Positions 56,473-64,000 of a stretch of DNA of 64,000 nucleotides are shown here, piece by piece. Positions within the stretch are counted from its first letter, which is position 1, and each line of letters starts with the position of its first letter. The DNA is from an uncultured Acidobacteriota bacterium (GTDB lineage: Bacteria; Acidobacteriota; Thermoanaerobaculia; Multivoradales; UBA5704): assembly GCA_963700145.1 (NCBI GenBank), contig OY969474.1:3008001-3072000 (forward strand), given 5' to 3'. The notes under the pieces are model-generated. The model was not told the DNA's origin. It ran no database searches and worked only from the letters and a program-made list of their open reading frames with translations. The translations under genes were made by a program, and so were the position numbers.

Positions 56473-57917
56473 ACAGGTTCGGCCTCGAGAGCCTGTCTGA
56501 GAAGCTGCTGCACCAGCTTCGGCTCGGCGCGGCCGCCGGAGCGCTTCATCACCTGGCCGACGAGGAAGCCGAGGGTCTGCGTCTTCCCGGCGCGGAACTG
56601 CGCCGCCGGCCCCTCGTGCTCCTCGACGACCTCGTCGATCCAGCGCTCGATCTGCGCCGTGTCGCTGACCTGCCCGAGGCCGAGGCGCTCGGCCGCCGCC
56701 TCGGGGTCCTCGCCGCTGGCGAAGACGGCGGCGAAGACTTCCTTGGCCGCGGTGTTCGACAGGGCCCCGCGGTCCACGAGGCGCACGAGCGCGGCGAGAT
56801 GGGCGGCGGGGAGCGCGGCCTCGACCCCGCCGCGCCGCTCCTTGAGCTCGCGCAGCACCTCGGTCATCACCCAGTTGGCCACCCCCTTGGGATTGGCCGG
56901 ATGGGCGGCGGCCGCCGCTTCGAAGTACTCGGCGAGCTCGCGCGCGGCGGCGAGGACGCCCGCGTCGTAGGGCGAGAGCCCGTACTGCGCCACCAGCCGC
57001 TCCCGCAATGCCCAGGGCAGCTCCGGCAGCTCCGCCCGCAGCGCCGCCTGCCGCGCCGCGTCGACGCCGAGCGGCGGCAGGTCGGGCTCGGGGAAGTAGC
57101 GGTAGTCGTGCGCCTCCTCCTTGCTGCGCAGCAGGCGCGTCGTCCCCGAGCCGGCGTCGTAGCCGCGCGTCTCCTGCACCACCCGGCCGCCGGCCTCGAG
57201 GAGCGCGACCTGGCGCTCGATCTCGTGCTCGATGGCACGCGCGACGTTGCGGAAGGAGTTCAGGTTCTTGACCTCGGTCTTGGTGCCGAGGCGGCTTTCG
57301 CCGGCGGGGCGGACCGAGACGTTGGCGTCGCAGCGCAGGCTCCCCTCCTCCATGTTGCCGTCGCTGGTGCCGGTGTAGAGGAGGAGCTGATGCAGGGTCT
57401 GGAGGTAGTCGGCGGCCTCGGCGGCGGTCCCGAGGTCGGGGCGCGAGACGATCTCGACCAGCGGCACGCCGCAGCGGTTGAAGTCCACCAGGCTCTGGCC
57501 GGGGAGCGGCGCCCCGCCCGGCAGCTCGTGGAGGAGCTTGCCGGCGTCCTCCTCGAGGTGCAGGCGCTCGATCCGCACGCTCTTGTCGTGCGAGGTGAGC
57601 GGCAGCGCGCCGTCCTCGGCCAGCGGCCGGTCGTACTGGCTGATCTGGTAGCCCTTCGGCAGGTCGGGGTAGAAGTAGTTCTTGCGCGCGAAAACCGACT
57701 GCTCGCGGACCGTGCAGCCGAGGGCCAGGGCGAGCTTGGCGGCGAGATCGACGGCGCGCCGGTTGACGACCGGGAGCGTTCCCGGATAGCCGAGGCAGAC
57801 CGGGCAGACGAGGGTGTTGGGCGGCGCCCCGAAGCGGTTGGCGCAGCGGCAGAACATCTTGGTCTCGGTCCGGAGCTGGACATGCACCTCCAGGCCGATG
57901 ACCGCTTCGTACGCCAT
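56439..57917 (-). CDS. gatB: Asp/Glu-tRNA amidotransferase subunit B
   Basis: IGLEVHVQL, PGTLPV, RKNYFYPDLPKGYQISQ, HLEEDAGK, DYRYFPEPDL. Confidence 0.97.
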   Translation of the reverse strand: MAYEAVIGLEVHVQLRTETKMFCRCANRFGAPPNTLVCPVCLGYPGTLPVVNRRAVDLAAKLALALGCTVREQSVFARKNYFYPDLPKGYQISQYDRPLAEDGALPLTSHDKSVRIERLHLEEDAGKLLHELPGGAPLPGQSLVDFNRCGVPLVEIVSRPDLGTAAEAADYLQTLHQLLLYTGTSDGNMEEGSLRCDANVSVRPAGESRLGTKTEVKNLNSFRNVARAIEHEIERQVALLEAGGRVVQETRGYDAGSGTTRLLRSKEEAHDYRYFPEPDLPPLGVDAARQAALRAELPELPWALRERLVAQYGLSPYDAGVLAAARELAEYFEAAAAAHPANPKGVANWVMTEVLRELKERRGGVEAALPAAHLAALVRLVDRGALSNTAAKEVFAAVFASGEDPEAAAERLGLGQVSDTAQIERWIDEVVEEHEGPAAQFRAGKTQTLGFLVGQVMKRSGGRAEPKLVQQLLRQALEAEPVPPPDPSLRSG

Positions 57918-57929
57918 CCCGGCCGAAGT

Positions 57930-59252
57930 CTACTCGCTCCGGTAGACCTTCCCCCCCTTCATCACGAAGCGCACGCGCTCCATGACGCGGATGTCGGCGA
58001 GCGGATCGCCGGGGACGGCGACGACGTCGGCCTCCTTGCCGGCTTCGAGCGTGCCGACGGTCTTCTCGATCCCGAGCAGCTTCGCGGCGTCGGCGGTGGC
58101 CGAGCGCAGGGCGGCGGCGGGCTTCATGCCGTGCTCGACCAGCAGCGCGAACTCCTCGGCGTTCCTGCCGTGCGGCGAGACCGCCGAGTCGGTGCCGAAG
58201 GCGATCGGCACGCCGAGCGCCAGCGCCTTCTTGAAGGTCACCGAGCGCGCCGCCAGAGCCTGCGCCGCCTTGGCGGCGATCTCCGGCGGGTACTCGCGCT
58301 TGGTGGCGCGGCCGCCGGCGTACTCGCCGGCCAGGAGCGTCGGCACCAGCCAGGTGCCGCGCTGCTTCATCAGGCGCAGCGTCTCGTCGTCGAGGAAGGA
58401 GCCGTGCTCGATCGAATCGGCGCCGGCGCGGATCGCCACCTTCGCGCCTTCGGCGCCGTGGGCGTGGACGGCGACCTTCTTGCGCAGCCGGCGGGCCTCG
58501 CCGACGATCGCCTCCATCTCCTCCTGGGTGAGCTGCGGCGTGTCCACCTCGTCGCCGAGCGACAGCACGCCGCCGGTGGCGCAGACCTTGATCACGTCGG
58601 CGCCGTACTTGACCTGGAAGCGGACGGTGTCGCGGAACTGGTCGGGGCCGCTGGCGATGCCTTCGGCGATGCCGCTCTCCTCGCCGAACGTCTCGTATGG
58701 GAAGCCGGTGGCGTCGCAGTGGCCGCCGCGCGAGCCGAGCGAGTGGACCGCCACCAGCATGCGCGGGCCGACCGCCATGCCGTCGCGGATGGCGTTGCGC
58801 AGCCCGACGTCGACGTACTCGTTGGAGCCGACGTCGCGGACGGTGGTGAAGCCGGCCATGAGGGTCCGCCGGGCGTACTCGGCGGCGCGCACCGCGACCT
58901 CCGGCACGCCGCGCCGCAGCCCCGCGATGGCGTCGCGCGCCCAGTCGTCGCCGGACTGGCCGGAGAGGTGGGTGTGGGCGTCGATGAGGCCGGGCAGGAG
59001 CGTCGCGTCGCCGAGGTCGATCACCGTCGCCCCCGCCGGCACCGCCAGCCGCGACCCCACGGCCTTGATCTTGCCCCCCTCGACGATCACCACGCCGTCG
59101 CGCCACGTGCGATCGCTGCGGCCGTCGAAGAGGCGCGCGGCCTTGAGGACGGTGACGGCGGGCGGCGCCGCGGCGGGCGGCTCCTGGGGAGCGGCCGCGG
59201 CGGCGAGGGGGAGCAGGCAGAGGACGGCCGGCAGGGCGACGCGGATCTTCAT
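57930..59252 (-). CDS. secreted amidohydrolase (Xaa-Pro dipeptidase-like)
   Basis: Signal peptide, PGLIDAHTH, KVCATGGV, VHAHG, SIEHG, FGTD. Confidence 0.9.
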   Translation of the reverse strand: MKIRVALPAVLCLLPLAAAAAPQEPPAAAPPAVTVLKAARLFDGRSDRTWRDGVVIVEGGKIKAVGSRLAVPAGATVIDLGDATLLPGLIDAHTHLSGQSGDDWARDAIAGLRRGVPEVAVRAAEYARRTLMAGFTTVRDVGSNEYVDVGLRNAIRDGMAVGPRMLVAVHSLGSRGGHCDATGFPYETFGEESGIAEGIASGPDQFRDTVRFQVKYGADVIKVCATGGVLSLGDEVDTPQLTQEEMEAIVGEARRLRKKVAVHAHGAEGAKVAIRAGADSIEHGSFLDDETLRLMKQRGTWLVPTLLAGEYAGGRATKREYPPEIAAKAAQALAARSVTFKKALALGVPIAFGTDSAVSPHGRNAEEFALLVEHGMKPAAALRSATADAAKLLGIEKTVGTLEAGKEADVVAVPGDPLADIRVMERVRFVMKGGKVYRSE

Positions 59253-61747
59253 CGAGGCACCTCCGAGGGGTCGGCGAATTGGGACACGGCCACCGCCCCT
59301 TCCTGCAGCCAGTGGGCGAGGAGCGTGCGGATGCGGTAGCCGTCGGCCGGCACCGCCTCTTCGCAGGCGGCGGCGGTGCCGCCGTTCTTGAGCCGGCCCC
59401 AGAGGTCGCGCACGAAGGCGCCGTCGCTCTCGCCCGGCGGGGCCGTCGGCCGGACGCCGGTGGGCAGGAGGACCGTCGCGTCGGGCACCAGGGCGCGGGC
59501 GCGCTCGTACTCGTCGTAGCGCCGCATCCCCTCCATGAGGAGGGGCAGGATCTCGCGCGCCGGCGCGGCAGTCGCCGGCGGCGGCGCCGCCGCATCGCGG
59601 CCGGCGAACAGGAACGCCGTCGCCAGCGGCCGCTCGAGGAGCTGGTAGAACGCCGTCTCGCCGGCGAGGCGCGGCGTCGAGCAGGCGGCGAGCGCGCCGC
59701 CGCGGAGCTCGAGCGTCGCGAGCGTCGCCCCGTGCGCGTCCTTGAGCGCCAACGTGCCGCTGAGCGCGCTCTGGGCGAGGCTCTGGAGGAGGTTGGGGAG
59801 ACCGAAGAGCTGCAGGTCCCCTTCCATCCGCCGCGGCGGCGCCGCCGCCGGAACGGCTTCGGCAGGGCGCGCGCCCGGAGCGGCGGCGGCATCGAAGGCG
59901 GAGAGCGCCTTCGACGCCTCCATGCCGAAGGGCTCGCCCGGGAAGCGCCCGGCCAGCTCCTGCAAGCTGCGGCGAACCAGGGGCGCGGGCGTGGCGGACA
60001 GGGCCTGCACGAGCTGCGTGAGGGCCTCGGCGTTGCGCCGCAGCACCATCCCCAGGAGCTTCCGCGGTGCGAGGTCGTGGAGCGCGCGGAGCAGGGCGTC
60101 GACGAGGTCCGGCTCGCCGGACAGATCGACCGTGCGCAGCTCGATCAGACGGTCGCCGTTGCCGTCGCTCCGCAGCCGCGCCAGGGCGCCCTGGACGACC
60201 GCCCGCCGTGCGGCCGGAGAACCGCCGCGCAGCACGCCGGCCGCGATCAGGCTGCGCAGCCGCTCCAGGTCCTCGGGCGGATAGTGCGCCACGACCGCGC
60301 CGGCGAGCTCGGCCTCGACCTCCTGCAGACGGGCCAGCAGGGCCTTCTCCGCCCGTTCGCCGCGGATCTGGGTGAGGCGGACCAGGGCCTCCCCCACCAG
60401 CCGCGGGTGGTGCGTGAGCGTGGAGAAGGCGATCACGTGCTCGAGCTCCCGCTCCTCCAGCGCCGCGGACGGGCACGGGATGCGGTGCAGCAGGTAGACG
60501 AGGTTGCGCTGGAAGAACCAGGCGTCCGGCCGCACGTCGGTGAGCGTGCTCTCGAGGACGTCGAGGATGGCGGGGCGCGCCGTCTCGCCGTGGACCTCGA
60601 GCAGGGTCAGCCGCAGGCGGCGCAGCCCGCGGTCGCGCTCGCCGTCGAGCGCGGCGAGGAGGCCGGCCGGGTGGAGGGCCGGGAAGAACGCCATGACCTG
60701 GCGCAGCAGCGGCTGCTGCTGCGGATCGACCGCGAAGCCGCGCAGCCGCTCGGCGTCCAGCGCCTCGTGGGCGCTGCCGCGCACCAGCTCGGCGTCGCTC
60801 ACCGGCACCTTCCCTTCCGCCAGCAGGCCGGCGGCCACCTGCGCCAACGCCACCGCCCGTGCGAGCGACCCGGCGTTGAACTCCGCGACGACGGAGTGGA
60901 CGAGCTCGCGGAAGCGCTCGATCCGCTGCTGCGGGCCCTCGGCGAGGTCGACGAGCCGGCGCAGCGCCCGCGCGTTGCCTCCCAGCTCCTCCGCCGAGGT
61001 CGCCGCCGCCGGCGCCCAGTTGGGGACGGCACGGCTCAGCGTGCGCACGACCGCCGCCGGGTCGGCGGCGAGGACACCCAGCTCGCGCAAGTGCTGCAGG
61101 TACTGGGTCAGCTCGGAGCCGTCGCGCGCCGTGGTGGCGGCGGCGGCGAGCACGGAAGCGATCAGCGGGTCGCCCGCAGTGCCGGCCGGCGGTCCGGGCG
61201 CGGCGCCCGGGGCGGCCGCAGGCTTCAGGCGCTCGAGGAGGAGCGCGAAGCGCCGCAGCTCCCGGGTCAGCTCGGCGGCGCCGGCGCCCCCGGCGGGCGC
61301 CTCGCCGGCGTCGGGCTGCAACCCGGCCGCGGGCGCCCGGCCGATGCGGAAGGCGCTGCCGGCGATCTCGGCGGGGGCCGAGCGCAGGCGCTCGAGGGCA
61401 GTGCGCACGAGCTCCCGTTCGGCGGGCGGACAGAGCGGGAGGAGGGCCTCGACGAGGACGTCGAGATAGCTCGCCAGCTCGCGCTTCGAGAGCAGGCCGA
61501 GGTCGCCCAGGAGGTGCAGCTTGCTCAGCGCGTGATAGGCGAGGTCGGAGTAGCCGACGGCGCGGCCGCGCGCCCGGTACTGGAACGACAGCCAGCTCTG
61601 GATCTGTGAGGTGATGGCGTCCGGCGCGCCACGGATGAGCGCGCCGACCGCGCCGGCGGCGAGGAGCGGCGGGATGCCGTCCGCGAGGTAGTCGCGGAGC
61701 TCCTCGACGCTCTCCTGGAGGTCCTGTGCCGACGGGCCGTCGCTCAT
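59249..61747 (-). CDS. large helical protein with C-terminal DUF4388-like domain
   Basis: C-terminal EGDLQLFGLPNLLQSL...SGTL...LLMEGMRRYDE; HEAT-like middle (WFFQRNLVYLL). Confidence 0.7.
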   Translation of the reverse strand: MSDGPSAQDLQESVEELRDYLADGIPPLLAAGAVGALIRGAPDAITSQIQSWLSFQYRARGRAVGYSDLAYHALSKLHLLGDLGLLSKRELASYLDVLVEALLPLCPPAERELVRTALERLRSAPAEIAGSAFRIGRAPAAGLQPDAGEAPAGGAGAAELTRELRRFALLLERLKPAAAPGAAPGPPAGTAGDPLIASVLAAAATTARDGSELTQYLQHLRELGVLAADPAAVVRTLSRAVPNWAPAAATSAEELGGNARALRRLVDLAEGPQQRIERFRELVHSVVAEFNAGSLARAVALAQVAAGLLAEGKVPVSDAELVRGSAHEALDAERLRGFAVDPQQQPLLRQVMAFFPALHPAGLLAALDGERDRGLRRLRLTLLEVHGETARPAILDVLESTLTDVRPDAWFFQRNLVYLLHRIPCPSAALEERELEHVIAFSTLTHHPRLVGEALVRLTQIRGERAEKALLARLQEVEAELAGAVVAHYPPEDLERLRSLIAAGVLRGGSPAARRAVVQGALARLRSDGNGDRLIELRTVDLSGEPDLVDALLRALHDLAPRKLLGMVLRRNAEALTQLVQALSATPAPLVRRSLQELAGRFPGEPFGMEASKALSAFDAAAAPGARPAEAVPAAAPPRRMEGDLQLFGLPNLLQSLAQSALSGTLALKDAHGATLATLELRGGALAACSTPRLAGETAFYQLLERPLATAFLFAGRDAAAPPPATAAPAREILPLLMEGMRRYDEYERARALVPDATVLLPTGVRPTAPPGESDGAFVRDLWGRLKNGGTAAACEEAVPADGYRIRTLLAHWLQEGAVAVSQFADPSEVPR

Positions 61748-61877
61748 GGCGCTTCCCGGCGCGCGAAGACGGCTGGGAGCGGCGCGAACGGGAGGGGATG
61801 CGGGACCATCGGCCGCGGGCGGGAGGGCGCCGACTCTAGCATGCGGGTCGGGGCGCGGCGGCCCATAGAATCCGCCC

Positions 61878-62483
61878 GTGCGCGCCGCCGCCAGCTCCGT
61901 CGTCCCGCTCGCCGTCGTCGCTCTCTTCGCCGCCTGCCGCGACCTGCCGCCGAACCTCGACTCGCGGGGGACGACGATCGTCTGCTTCGGCGACTCGATC
62001 ACCGCCGGGGTGGGCGCCGACGGCGCGCCGACCTACCCCGACCTCCTGGCGCAGCGCCTCGACGCCGACGTGGTCAACGCCGGCTACCCCGGCGCCACCG
62101 CCGCGGACCTCCTGGCGCGGCTCCCCGAGGCGCTGGCGCACGACCCCTGGCTGGTGATCGTCGAGGCGGGGGGCAACGACATGCTGCGGCGGGTGCCGGT
62201 CGCGGAGACGGAGGCGGCGGTGCGCGGGCTCGTGCAGGGCGTGCTGGCGGCGGGCGCGGTGCCGATGCTGGTCGAGATCCGCGCCCCCTTCGGCGGCCTC
62301 GGCGACCTCTTCGTGCGCCTCGGCGACGAGTACGACGTGCCGGTGGTCGAGGACGTGCTGCCCGAGATCCTGCTCGACCGGCGGCTCAAGAGCGACGAGA
62401 TCCATCCCAACGCCGCCGGCTACGAGCGGCTCGCCGCGGCGGTCGCCGACCAGGTGGAGCCGCTGTTGGACGCGCGGCGATGA
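61878..62483 (+). CDS. SGNH/GDSL esterase lipoprotein (TesA-like)
   Basis: Lipobox FAAC, FGDSIT, NAG, GGND, DEIHPN. Confidence 0.9.
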   Translation: MRAAASSVVPLAVVALFAACRDLPPNLDSRGTTIVCFGDSITAGVGADGAPTYPDLLAQRLDADVVNAGYPGATAADLLARLPEALAHDPWLVIVEAGGNDMLRRVPVAETEAAVRGLVQGVLAAGAVPMLVEIRAPFGGLGDLFVRLGDEYDVPVVEDVLPEILLDRRLKSDEIHPNAAGYERLAAAVADQVEPLLDARR

Positions 62484-63178
62484 ACGCGGAGGAGAACGGC
62501 ATCGCCGGGCCGCTCCGGCGCGGCGGGCACTGGCTCTGGGAGGCGCGCGGCGCCGGCGCCCGGGCGGTCTTCGCAGGCGCCGGCCCCGCCGCCGGGCGCG
62601 AGGAGGTGCTGGCGCGGGTGGCGGGCCGCTCGCTGCCTCTCGCCTGGGCGAAGCAGGTCCACTCGGCGACCGTGCTGACCGCCGCCGCCGGCGGCTGCGG
62701 CGAAGGGGACGCGCTGGTGAGCGGCGAGTCGGGGCTGGCGCTGGCGGTGGCGACCGCCGACTGCGTGCCGGTCCTCCTCGCCGGACCCGAGGGAGTGGCG
62801 GCGGTCCACGCCGGCTGGCGCGGGCTCGCCGCCGGCGTGCTGCCCGCGGCGGTCCGCGCCGCCACGCCGGCGCCCGAGCGCTGGACCGCCTGGATCGGGC
62901 CGGCGATCGGCGCCTGCTGCTACGAGGTGGGCGACGAGGTGGCGGAGCAGGTGGCGGCGGCGAGCGCTCCCGAGGTCGTCGTCCGGGGTCCGGCGGGGCG
63001 CCCCCACCTCGACCTGGCCGGCGCCGCCCGCCGGCAGCTCGCCGCCGCCGGCGTCGGCACGATCCGCTTGCTGGCCCACTGCACCCGCTGCGACGCCGAG
63101 CGCCTCGCCAGCTTCCGCCGCGACGGTCAGGCCGCCGGCCGCAACTATGCCTTCGTCTGGCGCGAGCCCGCGGCTTGA
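62480..63178 (+). CDS. pgeF: YfiH/PgeF family protein
   Basis: QVHS, ADCVPV, HAGWRG, IGPAIGACCYEV, CT.C, SFRR. Confidence 0.88.
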   Translation: MNAEENGIAGPLRRGGHWLWEARGAGARAVFAGAGPAAGREEVLARVAGRSLPLAWAKQVHSATVLTAAAGGCGEGDALVSGESGLALAVATADCVPVLLAGPEGVAAVHAGWRGLAAGVLPAAVRAATPAPERWTAWIGPAIGACCYEVGDEVAEQVAAASAPEVVVRGPAGRPHLDLAGAARRQLAAAGVGTIRLLAHCTRCDAERLASFRRDGQAAGRNYAFVWREPAA

Positions 63179-64000
63179 GCGGCGCCGGGGGGTCCCCGCT
63201 CGCACCGGTCGTGGTGATGGTCAAGACGCCCCTCCTCGCCCGCGGCGGCAACGCCGCGCTCCTCGCGGCGAGCGGCCGGCGGGTCGCGCGCACGGTGGCG
63301 CCGGCCGCCGCCGAGCACGAGCGCACCCTGGCCGCGGTGCTGGCGGCGCTCGCCCGCCACGGCGTCGAGCCGCTCGTCACCGGCGTCGCGCCGGACGCGG
63401 CCGCCCGCCGCGCTCTCGGCCGGACGCGGCTGGTGATCACCGTCGGCGGCGACGGCACGCTCCTCGCGGCGTCGCACCACGTGAGCACGGCGGCGCTCCT
63501 CGGCGTCAACTCCGCGCCGCGCGACAGCGTCGGCCACTTCGCGCTGGCGCGCCGCGAGACGATCGTGCGCGTCCTCGACGCCATCGCCGCCGGCCGCCTG
63601 CGGTCCTTCGCCGTCGCGCGCATCCGGACCCTGCTCGACGGCGCCGACCTCGGCACGCTGGCGCTCAACGACGTCCTCGTCGCCCACGGGCACCCTGCCG
63701 CGACCAGCCGCTACCTGCTGCGCCGCGGGCGGGTCGCCGAGGAGCACCGCTCCTCGGGCCTCTGGATCGCCACCGCGGCGGGCTCCACCGGCGGCATCCG
63801 CTCCTCGGGCGGCGCGGTCATGCCGCTGCGCTCGCGGCGGCTACAGTTCCGCGCCCGCGAGCTGTACCGCCGCCCGGGCGTCGTGCACCGCCTGGCGAGC
63901 GGCTTCATCCCGCCCGGCGAGGGCCTCGTCGTCGAGTCGCAGATGGAAGCGGGCTGGCTCTTCGTCGACGGCTCGCGCATCGGCCACCCCTTCGCCTTCG
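63175..64000 (+). CDS. NAD(H) kinase (3'-partial)
   Basis: Not in the ORF track (no stop in window); own translation gives VGGDGTLL, GVNSAP, LND, RSSGLWIATAAGST. Confidence 0.88.
   Translation, partial: MSGAGGSPLAPVVVMVKTPLLARGGNAALLAASGRRVARTVAPAAAEHERTLAAVLAALARHGVEPLVTGVAPDAAARRALGRTRLVITVGGDGTLLAASHHVSTAALLGVNSAPRDSVGHFALARRETIVRVLDAIAAGRLRSFAVARIRTLLDGADLGTLALNDVLVAHGHPAATSRYLLRRGRVAEEHRSSGLWIATAAGSTGGIRSSGGAVMPLRSRRLQFRARELYRRPGVVHRLASGFIPPGEGLVVESQMEAGWLFVDGSRIGHPFAF

Overview
A very GC-rich (by eye >70%) bacterial chromosomal segment. Gene content and REP-like repeats suggest Acidobacteriota, probably Thermoanaerobaculia-like (inference). It holds about 55 CDS, with no rRNA, tRNA, integrase, transposase or CRISPR-Cas that I can support. 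Housekeeping genes: gltA, fused 2-oxoacid dehydrogenase E1, argS, gatB, ftsE/ftsX, pgeF-like, NAD kinase. Accessory modules: (i) a Fur-led iron-uptake/flavinylation operon (FTR1-DUF2318, two MacB-type permeases, an ATPase with a DtxR-like tail, ApbE, porin, FMN-binding protein, His-rich membrane protein); (ii) a secreted protein/FHA-GAF/Ser-Thr kinase-TPR/sensorless His kinase/NarL regulator cassette; (iii) two ECF sigma modules; (iv) two toxin-antitoxin loci; (v) an 8-Cys peptide next to a large beta-sandwich protein. The most unusual signal is non-coding. Two ~160-bp elements (12092-12250, 32944-33104) each have a perfect 27-bp terminal stem of different sequence around a homologous, covarying core. 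Each sits inside a strand-specific G/T-rich compositional halo whose strand follows the element's orientation. Also seen: 21-bp-period palindrome arrays, a displaced 116-bp gene 3' end flanking an FG-GAP gene, and many apparently leaderless promoters. All product calls come from motif recognition by eye; no database searches were run.
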